Source: an uncultured bacterium
GTDB lineage: Bacteria; Verrucomicrobiota; Verrucomicrobiia; Chthoniobacterales; SZAS-18
NCBI GenBank assembly: GCA_963702865.1
Contig: OY969764.1
Coordinates: 3,440,874-3,504,873 of the forward strand
Direction: 5' to 3'
Length of the DNA: 64,000 bases
The translations under genes and the position numbers were made by a program. The notes beneath the pieces were generated by a model. The model worked only from the letters and a program-made list of their open reading frames with translations. It was not told the origin of the DNA and did not search any database. This document shows, one piece after another, positions 8,120-17,944 of the stretch. Position 1 is the first letter of the stretch. Each line of letters begins with the position of its first letter.

Positions 8120-10213
8120 TCAGCCGTTTGTCTGCTGCAGCTTCTTTTGCAAATTGACGTGGAAGTTGCCCAAAGGAAATTCGTCATCGTGCACCAGGCC
8201 GATCCATTTCTTTGGATCGGTTTCGTCGGTGATCTCGCGCGTGTCGCGCTTCCAGCGCGAAGCCACGTTCGGCTTGACGTAGGCCGCGATCAGATCGTGC
8301 GCGTCCAGCCAGAAACTGACCTTCGAGCAATCCGCGCCGCGCCGGTAGAGACCCTGGATTTCTTCGCGCAACCCGTTCACGCTCATCGGCAGGAGTTCCC
8401 AGTTCACCGCCAGCCTATTATCGCACCAAATCAGCGCGTCATGCTGATGCAGGTAGGAGAATAGGAGCTGGCCGCCGAGCCCGTCATAGTTCTTGATCCG
8501 GGTACCAACGACCGGAAAGCGAAAGATGCGGTCGAAGAGGATGGCGTAACTGACGTAGTGCGCGAACGGAAACTCGTCCTTGGCCAGGCGGCCGGCCTCA
8601 TAGAACGTGCGCAAATCCACCCGCAGTTCCTCCAGCGAGTACATCCAGAACGGCGCCCGTTGCCGGATCATGAACGGATCGAAGGGCAACTCGCCGAGGC
8701 TATGCGAGCGGTCGTGGATGAGGTCCCACAAAGCCGTCGTATCGCGCAGGATGGGACGGCTGGCCAGGAAGCATTCCAACTGCGGATGCAGCGCCAGTCC
8801 CACGATAGCCGCCGCGCGTTGCGTGTAGGATTGGAGCCGGGCCGCTTCGCGGTCGCAAAAGATCACGCCAAAGTGGTTCGCGCTCTTGCCGCCGGCCACG
8901 GAGACGGTTTCCGGGAACAACACGGCGCATTCGCTCTCGTAGCCATGGGTAAAGTCGACTAGGTGCCCCGGCACGAACTTGTCGTTGCGGTAAAGCGTCG
9001 CTTCCAACCGGTCCAGCCAGGCCGGCCAGGGCACGCGCATGATCATGGCCTCAAACCGGGTGTGCAGCGAGTTGTTGGGCGTATAGAGCGGGAACAGCAC
9101 GAGGCTTTCCAGGCCGTCCAGGCGGCTTCGCTCCGGCGTAAACGCCGCGAGCGAGGCCGAGAAATTCGGCTTCGGGCACCCGGCGTCCAGCCAGGCGCGC
9201 AGGTCGAGTTCCACCTGGTCGAAATAGGCGTGCTGATGGTCGAAAGCCGGACGCAATTCTTCGAGATCCGCTAGAATTCCAGCGACGAGATCCGCCGCTT
9301 GCCCTCGTGCCGGGTCCTCGGCAATCGAGCCGTCCGGGGATTGGAGATCACGCAAGGCATTGACTTGCTCTTTTAGATCGAGCCAGGCGGCGGACTGCGC
9401 CGGTTCCGACGTGATCACGCGGATACCGGAACGGGCGAAAGCCGGAACGGCGAGCCAGTAGCAAACGTTCAACCAGAGGGCGCAGTGATCGAGCTCGCCC
9501 AAAAATTCGTCCCCGAAAAGGAGCGAATCCGTGATGACCATGACGCGCCCTGCACCGCAGCGCGCCACGCCGATCAAGCCGGCGCCCGGCGGGCTGGCTT
9601 GCGGCGAAGCATGCCAGGCAATGTGCGCCTCCGCCCCCACGGCCGGGACGATCCGGCAGGCGCCGCTCTGATAGAAACACGCCCGATCCACGCGGTGTCC
9701 GAGCGCCGGAAAATTGGCCGCCGCGTGGCCCACCACCCAGGCAGGATTTGTATGCAAACAGCGCGCACGATCGAGCACCGTGGTGTTGAGGATCTCGAGC
9801 CCAAAGGGCGCCAAAAGGTCGTTGAGGTTGTCCCCGTATTTGGCGTGCTCGTACTCGGTCACGACCAGGAGCGAGCCGCCGCCCCGGACAAAAGTCTGGA
9901 TGGCGGCAAGCTCTTCTTCGCTAAAGCGCGGGGAACTATCGGGCGCGGTTTTTTCCCAGCGGTCATCGCAAGGATGCAGCACAGCCAGCAGGTCCGCTTG
10001 TGCCAACGCCGCGGCATCCAGCGGACCCGCCGTGTGACGCGCCAGCGTAAAGTCCCGTTGCGCCAGGATGGCCGCGGCGGCGGCGTAGGACGAATTCTCG
10101 GGATAGTCCGGATTGATCCGCGCCGCCTGTGCTTTGTCAATCGTCCAGCTTTCGCTGTGCGTCTCGTCGAAGAGAACGCGGACCACTTTGCGTTGAGTCA
10201 GCGCCGGCGTCAT
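8120..10213 (-). CDS. Conserved hypothetical protein (~697 aa from internal ATG at 10211-10213)
   Basis: Long uninterrupted ORF. The likely start MTPALTQRKVVRVLFDE overlaps the ltaE stop as ATGA. No recognisable catalytic motif; the N-terminal region GGGSLLVVTEYE is vaguely GATase1/ThuA-like. Confidence 0.5.
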   Translation of the reverse strand: MTPALTQRKVVRVLFDETHSESWTIDKAQAARINPDYPENSSYAAAAAILAQRDFTLARHTAGPLDAAALAQADLLAVLHPCDDRWEKTAPDSSPRFSEEELAAIQTFVRGGGSLLVVTEYEHAKYGDNLNDLLAPFGLEILNTTVLDRARCLHTNPAWVVGHAAANFPALGHRVDRACFYQSGACRIVPAVGAEAHIAWHASPQASPPGAGLIGVARCGAGRVMVITDSLLFGDEFLGELDHCALWLNVCYWLAVPAFARSGIRVITSEPAQSAAWLDLKEQVNALRDLQSPDGSIAEDPARGQAADLVAGILADLEELRPAFDHQHAYFDQVELDLRAWLDAGCPKPNFSASLAAFTPERSRLDGLESLVLFPLYTPNNSLHTRFEAMIMRVPWPAWLDRLEATLYRNDKFVPGHLVDFTHGYESECAVLFPETVSVAGGKSANHFGVIFCDREAARLQSYTQRAAAIVGLALHPQLECFLASRPILRDTTALWDLIHDRSHSLGELPFDPFMIRQRAPFWMYSLEELRVDLRTFYEAGRLAKDEFPFAHYVSYAILFDRIFRFPVVGTRIKNYDGLGGQLLFSYLHQHDALIWCDNRLAVNWELLPMSVNGLREEIQGLYRRGADCSKVSFWLDAHDLIAAYVKPNVASRWKRDTREITDETDPKKWIGLVHDDEFPLGNFHVNLQKKLQQTNG

Positions 10214-11277
10214 GACACCACCCCCTGCCCCTGCCCGAGCGCCTGCCGCAAATCGCCGATAAACGCGTCGACATCTTCCCGCGTGGAGTCCCACGAACAC
10301 ATCAAGCGGGCTGCCCCGCCGGGGCCGACATCGTTGTAAAAGCGCCAACCCCGGGCCGCCACTTCCGCCGCGGCCGCAGCCGGCAGGTGCACGAAAACCG
10401 CGTTCGCGTCGCGCGGATACGCGATGCGGACCTCCGGCAGCCGGTCCAGTTCGTGGGCCAAGTAGGCGGCCGTGTCATTGGCGTGGCCCGCATGCCGCAA
10501 CCAGGCGCCATCGGCCAACAAACCGACCCATTGCGCCGAAAGAAAACGCATCTTGGACGCCAACTGACCGCTTTGCTTGCAGCGTCGCCGGAAATTCTCC
10601 GCCAGCGTCCGGTCGAAAAACACCACCGCCTCACCCGCCGCCGCGCCGTTCTTGGTCCCGCCCAGACAGAGCACATCGACGCCGGCGCGCCAGGTCAGAT
10701 CGGCCGGGCTTTCGCCCAGCCCGCTGACGGCATTGGCAAACCGGGCGCCATCCACATGGACACTGAGCTTTAGCTCGCGAGCCAACGCCGTCAGCGCGCG
10801 CACCTCGGCGGCAGTGTAAACGGTGCCGAGCTCGGTCGCTTGGGTCAGGCTCAAGGCCCGGGGCTGCGGCGCGTGGAAATCATGGCGCTGCTTGAACGCT
10901 TCCGCCACGACGGCGGGCGTCAGCTTGCCATCGGGTGTGTCGGCCGGCAGCAGCGTGACCCCATGCATGAAAAAGCCGGGAGCGCCGCATTCGTCCGTCT
11001 CGATATGGGCGTGCCGATGGCAAATGACGCCGTGGAAAGATTCGCAAGCGCTCCACAGGGCCAGACAGTTGGCCGCGGTGCCGTTGAAGACAAAAAAGAC
11101 GTCACACTCGGTCTCGAAAACGTCTTGGAAGACCTGCTCCGCCCGCCGGGTCCACGGGTCGTCGCCGTAGCCTGGCACATGGCGTTGATTGGCTTCCGCG
11201 AGGGCAGCAAAGACTTCGGGACAAATGCCCGCGTTGTTGTCGCTCGCAAAGTGACGGGGGTATGCTTGCGAGTGCAT
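10210..11277 (-). CDS. ltaE: Low-specificity L-threonine aldolase
   Basis: From ATG at 11275-11277: MHSQAYPRHFASDNNAGICPEVFAALAEANQRHVPGYGDDPWTRRAEQVFQDVFETECDVFFVFNGTAANCLALW...HAHIETDECGAPGFF. This matches the threonine aldolase family signature closely. The upstream 120 codons of the listed ORF are GC-rich read-through. Confidence 0.85.
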   Translation of the reverse strand: MHSQAYPRHFASDNNAGICPEVFAALAEANQRHVPGYGDDPWTRRAEQVFQDVFETECDVFFVFNGTAANCLALWSACESFHGVICHRHAHIETDECGAPGFFMHGVTLLPADTPDGKLTPAVVAEAFKQRHDFHAPQPRALSLTQATELGTVYTAAEVRALTALARELKLSVHVDGARFANAVSGLGESPADLTWRAGVDVLCLGGTKNGAAAGEAVVFFDRTLAENFRRRCKQSGQLASKMRFLSAQWVGLLADGAWLRHAGHANDTAAYLAHELDRLPEVRIAYPRDANAVFVHLPAAAAAEVAARGWRFYNDVGPGGAARLMCSWDSTREDVDAFIGDLRQALGQGQGVVS

Positions 11278-11354
11278 GCCGGAGTATGGCCCCGCGCCGT
11301 GAAGGGGGCAACTGTTCTCGCGCGCAGCGCCCGTTGATGAGGTGGGGACGACGA

Positions 11355-12437
11355 TCAAAACGCCATGACCAGTTGAGCCGCCTTTCGATCGTGATCTTCC
11401 TCCGGCTCTGCCATGCTCTCCGCGGGCGCAAACCGCACTCCGACACCCAGTAACCGCACGGAACGTTGCGCCGGCTCGCGGCGTTCCCAGCCTTCGGCCA
11501 GCAGCGCCCGAAATTGCGCGAGGTCCGGCCGCTCCCCTCCCCGCTCGACGGTCGTGCGGCTGAAATCGGCGAAGCGCAACTTGACGAAGATCTTCGTGAT
11601 CACCCGGGCCTCCGCTTTGGCGGCGAGTTCTTCGCACAGCTCGGAAAACAGGTCTTCCAGGCGCGCTTGGCAGTCACTAATCTTGGTCAGGTTGGTGGCA
11701 AAGGTGCGCTCATTGGACAGGCTTTTTCGTTCGCGGTTCACTTCGACTGGCCGGTCGTCGAGTCCACGGCAACGGGCATGGATTTCCAGCCCGAATTTGC
11801 CGAAGCGCTGCGCCAGCTCCGGTGCGGAATACCCCTGGAGTTGGCCGCAAGTCTCCACGCCCATTTCCGCCAGGCGTTGGGCCATGACGCCGCCGACACC
11901 TGGGATCTTCCGCACCGGGAGTGCCTGCATGAAGGCGTCGACCGCCTCCGGGCGCACGGTGTGTTGCCCGTTGGGCTTGCGGAAATCACTGGCGATCTTG
12001 GCCAGCATCTTGTTCGGCGCGATGCCGGCCGAAGCGGTCAGGGCCGTCATTTGGAAAATGCGGGCGCGCATCTCGCGCGCGACCTCGGTGGCCGGGCGTT
12101 CGAGGTGGCTGACGTCGAGGTAGGCCTCGTCCAGCGAGAGTGGTTCGACGAGGGCACTGTACTCGTGAAAGATCCCGCGAATGCGCGCACTTTCCGCCCG
12201 GTAGAGATCGAAGCGAGTCGGCACGACGATCAAGTGCGGGCACTTGGCGAGGGCCTGGAAGGTGGGCATGGCCGAGTGGAGGCCGTATTTGCGTGCTTCA
12301 TAGTTGCAGGTAGTCAGCACGCCACGACCGCTCCGGGCGCCGCCCACACCGAGAGGGTGCCCGCGCAATTCCGGCCGCTCGCGCTCCTCGACCGCGGCGT
12401 AGAAGCAATCCATGTCCACGTGGATAATCTTGCGCAT
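11355..12437 (-). CDS. dinB: DNA polymerase IV (Y-family translesion polymerase)
   Basis: MRKIIHVDMDCFYAAVEERERPELRGHPLGVGG...LSLDEAYLDV...IGPNKMLAKIASD-like motifs; start at internal ATG 12435-12437. Confidence 0.85.
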   Translation of the reverse strand: MRKIIHVDMDCFYAAVEERERPELRGHPLGVGGARSGRGVLTTCNYEARKYGLHSAMPTFQALAKCPHLIVVPTRFDLYRAESARIRGIFHEYSALVEPLSLDEAYLDVSHLERPATEVAREMRARIFQMTALTASAGIAPNKMLAKIASDFRKPNGQHTVRPEAVDAFMQALPVRKIPGVGGVMAQRLAEMGVETCGQLQGYSAPELAQRFGKFGLEIHARCRGLDDRPVEVNRERKSLSNERTFATNLTKISDCQARLEDLFSELCEELAAKAEARVITKIFVKLRFADFSRTTVERGGERPDLAQFRALLAEGWERREPAQRSVRLLGVGVRFAPAESMAEPEEDHDRKAAQLVMAF

Positions 12438-12518
12438 GGCAGAAAGCCGGTCCCGCCATTTAAGACGATCCCGCCGCGAACGCAAAACAACGGCTCCGCG
12501 CGGGCCGCGGGCAAGGCC

Positions 12519-13502
12519 CTAGGAAAAACCCAGAACCGGGTGCGGCTGGTAAGGCTCTTCGAGCCGCGCGACCTCTTCCCGCGCCAACTTCAACTCGAGG
12601 GCTTTCACGGCGTCCTCCAGATGGTGCGGCTTGGTCGCGCCGATGATGGGCGCAGTGATACCGGGCTTGGCCAGCATCCAGGCCAGGGCGACTTGCGCGG
12701 GCGGAACGCCGTGAGTTGAGGCCACTTCGCGCACACGATCTACCACCTCGAAATCGCGGTCTTGATAGTAGAGCGAATGCGCGAACTCGTCCGATTTCGC
12801 CCGGGTGGTTTCGCCACGATCCTGGCGGCTGCGATTGCCCGCCAGAAATCCCCGCGCCAACGGACTCCACGGGATGACTCCGATCCCCTCGCTGCGGCAA
12901 AGCGGCAGCATTTCACGCTCCTCCTCGCGGTAAACGAGATTGTAGTGGTTCTGCATGGACACGAATCGCGGCAGCCCGTGGCGATCCGCCAGGTAAAGAA
13001 AACGCGCGAACTCCCAGGCCGCCATGCTCGAGGCGCCCAGGTACAACACCTTGCCCTCATCAACCAGCGCGCCAAGCGCGGCCAGCGTCTCTTCCATCGG
13101 TGTGGCGCGGTCGTAGCGATGGATTTGATACAGGTCGATGTAATCGACCCCGAGCCGCCGAAGGCTCGCTTCCACGGCGTGTTTGACGTGCTTGCGACCT
13201 GTTCCCCGCTCGTTGAGCGAGTCACCCATGGGATTGAACAGCTTTGTCGCGATGACGACCTGCTCGCGGCGGACGCTCAGTTCCTTGAGGGCGCGGCCCA
13301 GGGTCTCCTCGCTGGCGCCGTTCGAATACATGTCGGCCGTGTCGAAGAAATTGATGCCGGCCTCGATCGCCTGCCGGTAAAACGGCCGCGCGGCGGCATC
13401 GTCCAGCACCCAATCGCGCCAGTTACGGTCGCCATAACTCATGCAGCCCAAGCAAAGTCGCGAGACGTGCAAGCCGGCTTTTCCGAGAGAAGTGAATTCC
13501 AT
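12519..13502 (-). CDS. Aldo/keto reductase family oxidoreductase
   Basis: LGCMSYGD...AGINFFDTADMYSNGASEETLGRAL...VVIATK; ~327 aa. Confidence 0.85.
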   Translation of the reverse strand: MEFTSLGKAGLHVSRLCLGCMSYGDRNWRDWVLDDAAARPFYRQAIEAGINFFDTADMYSNGASEETLGRALKELSVRREQVVIATKLFNPMGDSLNERGTGRKHVKHAVEASLRRLGVDYIDLYQIHRYDRATPMEETLAALGALVDEGKVLYLGASSMAAWEFARFLYLADRHGLPRFVSMQNHYNLVYREEEREMLPLCRSEGIGVIPWSPLARGFLAGNRSRQDRGETTRAKSDEFAHSLYYQDRDFEVVDRVREVASTHGVPPAQVALAWMLAKPGITAPIIGATKPHHLEDAVKALELKLAREEVARLEEPYQPHPVLGFS

Positions 13503-13556
13503 GAAGGGATAGAACCTGATGGTTGTCCTGCGCGCAACTTGCCTGGCTATTTTAAC

Positions 13557-13895
13557 TTAGGCAGCGGTTGCGCGGCGACCGACAGCGGGAGAGAAACGAA
13601 TTTCAACCCGCTTGTGCAGGGCAGCGGCAATTCGCGTCAGCATGGCTAAGGAGTGTCCCTCGTAATCGGCATCTTCCAGGCGAACAACAACGGTTCGGCT
13701 CGTGCCGATCAGTCTGGCGAGTTGAGCCTGGGTCAGTCCGGCTGCTTGCCGTAAATCGTAGATTTTCTGTGCAATATCCAGATCGGCACGAATCTGTGCA
13801 TGTTCGGCGATCAGTTGGGGATCGTCTCCGATTAAGTCACGACGCAGTATTTCCACAGCGTCAATCGTCGGTTCACGTTTGAGCTTCTTTGGCAT
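13557..13895 (-). CDS. XRE-family HTH antitoxin (HigA-like)
   Basis: HTH segment LTQAQLARLIGTSRTVVVRLE. Begins 1 nt after the stop of the upstream toxin gene (toxin-first, HigBA-like order). Confidence 0.7.
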   Translation of the reverse strand: MPKKLKREPTIDAVEILRRDLIGDDPQLIAEHAQIRADLDIAQKIYDLRQAAGLTQAQLARLIGTSRTVVVRLEDADYEGHSLAMLTRIAAALHKRVEIRFSPAVGRRATAA

Positions 13896-13896
13896 G

Positions 13897-14262
13897 TCAC
13901 TCCTCAAAAGTGTGCCTGCGCGGCTCTGCTAGGTAACGGGCACGCCGCTGCATAGCCAGCGCGATCTCACGAGCAGGGACCCTGCGCTCTTTGGTCAGAC
14001 CATGCGAGACCACGGCTGCCACGTCTCTATGGAAAAAATAAAGCATCCGGTAATGAATCCCTTGAAAACCAACTCGAAGCTCATAAATCCCATCCCGCAA
14101 TAGGTCTGCTTGAGGTCGCCTTAATTCATGACCGAACTCTTTTAGCAGTTCCAGTGAACCGAGGCATTTACGCGCAGCTTTCGGTGGAATTCGTTTAAGC
14201 CAGTCCCGGAGGGGCACCGTCCCGTCTTCCTCCAAGTAAAGAACAACTATCGTCTTGGGCAC
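13897..14262 (-). CDS. RelE/ParE-superfamily toxin (Gp49/HigB-like)
   Basis: 121 aa; motif LRDGIYELRVGFQGIHYRMLYFFHRDVAAVVSHGLTKE typical of Gp49-like RelE-fold toxins; directly upstream of the HTH antitoxin. Confidence 0.7.
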   Translation of the reverse strand: MPKTIVVLYLEEDGTVPLRDWLKRIPPKAARKCLGSLELLKEFGHELRRPQADLLRDGIYELRVGFQGIHYRMLYFFHRDVAAVVSHGLTKERRVPAREIALAMQRRARYLAEPRRHTFEE

Positions 14263-14310
14263 AAATCAAAGCAATGTTTTTGTCGCATCTTTGCGACATC
14301 ACCGCAATTC

Positions 14311-15489
14311 TTAAGCCTCCGCCATCGCTCCCGGTGCGAGAGCACGCAAACGAGCCACTGATTCGCTCACCACCCGGATGCCGCGCTCGATTTCAGCCAT
14401 GGTATTGAAGCGGCTGAAAGAAAACCGCAGGCTCGCGCGGGCCCGTTCGGTCGAAAACCCCATCGCCGTCAGCACGTGGGAAGGATGCAAAGAGCCGGCC
14501 GTGCAGGCGCTGCCCGCACTCGCGCAAACGCCAGCCTTATCCAGGAGCACGAGCAGCGCTTCGCTCTCGACGCCCGGCAAATGCAGGTTGGACGTGTTTG
14601 GCAGGCGGTGTTCCGTCTCGCCGTTGACCGCGGCGCCGGGGATTTCCGCCAGCAGCGCATTTTCAAACCGGTCACGCAACGCTTTGACGGTGGTCGACTC
14701 CGCATGCAAGGCTGCTCCCGCCAACTCGGCGGCCTTCCCCAGCGCCACGATGCCAGCCACGTTTTCCGTCCCGCCGCGGCGGCCGTTTTCCTGGCTGCCG
14801 CCGATCAGGAAGGGCGTGAAGCGGCAGCGGCGGTCGATGTACAGGGCGCCCACCCCTTTCGGGGCATGCAGCTTGTGCCCGGCGAGCGAAAGAAAATGGA
14901 TGGGCGAGTTCTTGACGTCCACCGGTACCTTGCCGATGGCCTGCACCGCGTCCGTGTGAAAAAATGCGCCTTTGGCTTTCGCCAGCGCGGCGATTTCCTC
15001 CACCGGATAAAGCACGCCGGTTTCATTATTGGCCCACATGACCGACACGATGGCCGTATCCGGCCGGATCGCCGCCTCCACCTCGCGGAGGTCGAGCCGG
15101 CCGCCCGAGTCCACCGGCAACCAGGTCACCTCGTAGCCGCGGCGTGTGAGCGCCTCGCAGTAGTTCTTGGTGGCGCTGTGTTCCACACTGGTGGTGACGA
15201 CGTGTTTGCGGTCGCGATCCGTCGCGAGCGCGCTGGCGAGGGCGGTATTGTTCCCCTCGCTGCCGCAACTGGTGAAAATAATCTCCCTCGGCTCGCTGCC
15301 GAGCAGAGCCGCGACCTGCTCACGCGCGTGCTCAATGGCGCGATGCACGCGGGAACCGAAGCTGTAAGCACTGGACGGGTTTCCGTAAAACTCGGTCAGG
15401 AACGGCAACATCGTGTCGATCACGGCGGGATCGAGGGCAGTGGTGGCGTTATTGTCGAAATACAAGATAGGCTGGCTGGAACGATGCAT
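14311..15489 (-). CDS. Cysteine desulfurase (NifS/IscS class, PLP-dependent)
   Basis: YFDNNATT...TSCGSEGNN...SLAGHKLHAPKGVGALYI...SAGSAC; 392 aa. Confidence 0.85.
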   Translation of the reverse strand: MHRSSQPILYFDNNATTALDPAVIDTMLPFLTEFYGNPSSAYSFGSRVHRAIEHAREQVAALLGSEPREIIFTSCGSEGNNTALASALATDRDRKHVVTTSVEHSATKNYCEALTRRGYEVTWLPVDSGGRLDLREVEAAIRPDTAIVSVMWANNETGVLYPVEEIAALAKAKGAFFHTDAVQAIGKVPVDVKNSPIHFLSLAGHKLHAPKGVGALYIDRRCRFTPFLIGGSQENGRRGGTENVAGIVALGKAAELAGAALHAESTTVKALRDRFENALLAEIPGAAVNGETEHRLPNTSNLHLPGVESEALLVLLDKAGVCASAGSACTAGSLHPSHVLTAMGFSTERARASLRFSFSRFNTMAEIERGIRVVSESVARLRALAPGAMAEA

Positions 15490-15562
15490 GGCGAGGCCTT
15501 CCCGAGCGGAATGGAGCGAACGAATGGACGGTCAGCGAGACGGCAGGTCTGTTCTCAGAACA

Positions 15563-16162
15563 CTAACGCGACGGCATCTTGAGGAGTCGCAACTCCACTT
15601 TATCGTAAATATCGCTCAACGTGAGCTCGGCATTGAGGGCGGCAAGTTGCACTCGATCCGATAGTCTCGAGTACTCTAGCGGGGTCCAAACGTGCGGCAT
15701 GGCTACTTCCCTATGCCAGTGCTCCACTAGGAGCCGATCCTGCGAAATGAGAACGTAGTCGGTCAGTGATGCCAGCTGACGGTATCTCCGGAGTTTCTCC
15801 CCGCGATCGTACGCAGCCGTGGTAGGAGACAGAACCTCTACCACGAGTTGAGGATTGAGCAGTGTATCGCAGCGTTCGTCCAGATACTCGGCGTCGCCAC
15901 AGAGAGCGATGACATCGGGGTAGGTGTACAAGCCGCTGTCGGCCACACGAACGCGCATGTCACTCGTATAACCAGTACGGGGCCTGCCCTTGAACTGCGC
16001 GTGAAGCGTAGCACCGACGTTCCAGACGATTCGCCCGTGCGTCGCACCCGCTCCGGCCATCGAGTACATCTCCCCGTCCCAATACTCGGTCTTAGATTCG
16101 GCGGAACGCTCGATGGCGAGGTATGCCTCCTCGGAAAGGTGACGTTTGGGCAACGCGGTCAT
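15563..16162 (-). CDS. Uma2-family (DUF820) putative endonuclease
   Basis: EYWDGE...PDV...VVEVLSPTT...DRGEKLRRY, a PD-(D/E)xK-like pattern characteristic of Uma2 proteins. Confidence 0.7.
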   Translation of the reverse strand: MTALPKRHLSEEAYLAIERSAESKTEYWDGEMYSMAGAGATHGRIVWNVGATLHAQFKGRPRTGYTSDMRVRVADSGLYTYPDVIALCGDAEYLDERCDTLLNPQLVVEVLSPTTAAYDRGEKLRRYRQLASLTDYVLISQDRLLVEHWHREVAMPHVWTPLEYSRLSDRVQLAALNAELTLSDIYDKVELRLLKMPSR

Positions 16163-16230
16163 TGGCTACGGTGTTCCGGCATGATAACCGAACAGGACAT
16201 TCCTTGCCACTTCCGGGATCGCAAACGGTC

Positions 16231-16716
16231 TTAGCGCGAACTTCCCGCCATCTCCGCCTGATCGGGATCGCCGGTCGGATCGACGAGAATCGGCGCGCTG
16301 CCGTCATCGAGCAGGCCCGTGCTTGGGGGAGTGTCCCCCGGCGGCGGGGCATCCGGCGGCGGCCCGTTACGATGGATCAACATTAAATTACGGACCGCGA
16401 TTACCGGCGTCAGCAGATATCCGAGGATGACCGGGATATAGCCGATGTGCACGGCATAGATCAGTTGGATGATGCCGCCGACGAGGCTCAGACTCCAAAA
16501 GTTCTTGGGGATAACGCTCTGCTTCAGCCGTTCGCTCACGTACCACTGCACGACGAACCGGCTCATGAAGAGCCCGTTGCCGAGCAAACCGAAGAGCGTC
16601 CAGCCATTGATGGAGCCGTGCAGGTGCTTCCATACGTTATCCAGGAACGCCGCGAGAAGGATCATCGCGCCACTCATAGAGTCCGCTGGCGCCACAGGCA
16701 AGCAAAACGCGGGCAA
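16231..16716 (-). CDS. Small membrane protein with lipid-A-biosynthesis N-terminal (LAB_N) domain
   Basis: WTLFGLLGNGLFMSRFVVQWYVSE matches the LAB_N WxxxGxxGxxxFxxRFxxQW motif; Pro-rich C-terminus. True start is probably the internal Met (MSGAMILL or MILLAAF). Confidence 0.55.
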   Translation of the reverse strand: MPAFCLPVAPADSMSGAMILLAAFLDNVWKHLHGSINGWTLFGLLGNGLFMSRFVVQWYVSERLKQSVIPKNFWSLSLVGGIIQLIYAVHIGYIPVILGYLLTPVIAVRNLMLIHRNGPPPDAPPPGDTPPSTGLLDDGSAPILVDPTGDPDQAEMAGSSR

Positions 16717-16776
16717 GACTGGCGCCCCCCGTCCAGCGGCAGGCGGGGCGCTGATTCGTCATTTTCCCCGCCACGG

Positions 16777-17910
16777 TTCGGCTCTATGCTCGTGGGTATG
16801 TCCAGTCCCAGCCCCCTTTGGCAGCAGGCGAACCCCCAGTTGCGCGATCTGGTCAGCTATGAGCCCGGCAAACCGGTCGAGGACCTGGCCCGTGAACTCG
16901 GCGTGCCGCCCGGCGACATCATCAAGCTGGCCTCCAACGAAAACCCGCTGGGCCCCTCGCCCAAGGCGCTGGAAGCCATGCGCGCCGCCTTGCTGCGGGC
17001 GCATTTCTATCCCGATGGCGGCGGTTACTATTTGCGCGAGGCCATCGCTGAAAAAGTCGGCTTGCAACGCGAGAACATCATTCTGGGTAACGGTTCCAAC
17101 GAAATCATCGAATTTCTCGGCCACGCGTTCTTGAAACCAGGCGATGAAATCGTTACCTCGGACCATGCGTTCGCGGTTTACCAGCTCATGGCGCAACTCT
17201 TCGGCGCACGAACTATCGAGGTGCCGGAGCGTCCCGGGTTCGTCCACGACCTCACCGCGATGGCGGCTGCCATCACGTCCAGGACGCGCCAGGTCTACAT
17301 CGCCAATCCCAACAACCCGACGGGCACCATCGTCACTCAAGCGGAGATCGACGCGTTCATGGCCGCCGTGCCCGCGCACGTGATCGTGGTTTTCGATGAG
17401 GCGTACTACGAGTTCCTGGATCACCCGCCGGACACCCTGAAATTCGTGCGCGAGGGCCGGAATGTCATGGTCTTGCGCACCTTTTCGAAGATTCAAGGGC
17501 TGGCGAATTTGCGCATCGGTTACGGCATGGCGAGCGCCGAACTGATCGATATTCTGCAAAAAACGCGTCAGCCATTCAATGCCAACGGCATCGCCCAAGC
17601 CGGCGCCTTGGCCGGGCTAGCGGATCACGAGCATCAGGCGCGGACCAAAGCCGTCACGGACGAAGGCCGCGCTTACCTGCAGAAGGCGTTCGCGGAACTC
17701 GGGCTCGATTACATCCCCGGCTACGCCAATTTCGTGCTCGTGCACGTCGGCGACGGCCGGGCTTGCTTCGAGACGCTGCTCAAGGAGGGCATCATCGTGC
17801 GGGCCATGAATAGCTATAAGTTGCCCGCCTGGATTCGCGTCTCGGTCGGGACGATGGATGAGAACAAGCGTCTGGTTGCTGCGTTGCGCCATGTCGCGCT
17901 GCCCGCCTGA
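16777..17910 (+). CDS. hisC: Histidinol-phosphate aminotransferase
   Basis: LASNENPLGPSP...YPDGGGYYLREAIA...NPNNPTGT...FDEAYYEF...RTFSKIQGLANLRIGY; the listed ORF has a spurious 110-codon N-terminal extension. Confidence 0.85.
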   Translation, partial: FGSMLVGMSSPSPLWQQANPQLRDLVSYEPGKPVEDLARELGVPPGDIIKLASNENPLGPSPKALEAMRAALLRAHFYPDGGGYYLREAIAEKVGLQRENIILGNGSNEIIEFLGHAFLKPGDEIVTSDHAFAVYQLMAQLFGARTIEVPERPGFVHDLTAMAAAITSRTRQVYIANPNNPTGTIVTQAEIDAFMAAVPAHVIVVFDEAYYEFLDHPPDTLKFVREGRNVMVLRTFSKIQGLANLRIGYGMASAELIDILQKTRQPFNANGIAQAGALAGLADHEHQARTKAVTDEGRAYLQKAFAELGLDYIPGYANFVLVHVGDGRACFETLLKEGIIVRAMNSYKLPAWIRVSVGTMDENKRLVAALRHVALPA

Positions 17911-17944
17911 CGGCCGGCGGCAGCGAACCCAGCTTCCATCTGCC

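Noticed and set aside
10210-11637. Extended N-termini of several listed ORFs (ltaE 10210..11637, 8120..10348, dinB 11355..12485, hisC 16447..17910, mnmE 17858..19291, ppc 33948..36818, GT4 48097..49335)
   Set aside because: The family-conserved N-terminal motifs begin at internal Met codons. The upstream stretches are low-complexity read-through and would create impossible gene overlaps, so the shorter starts were used.
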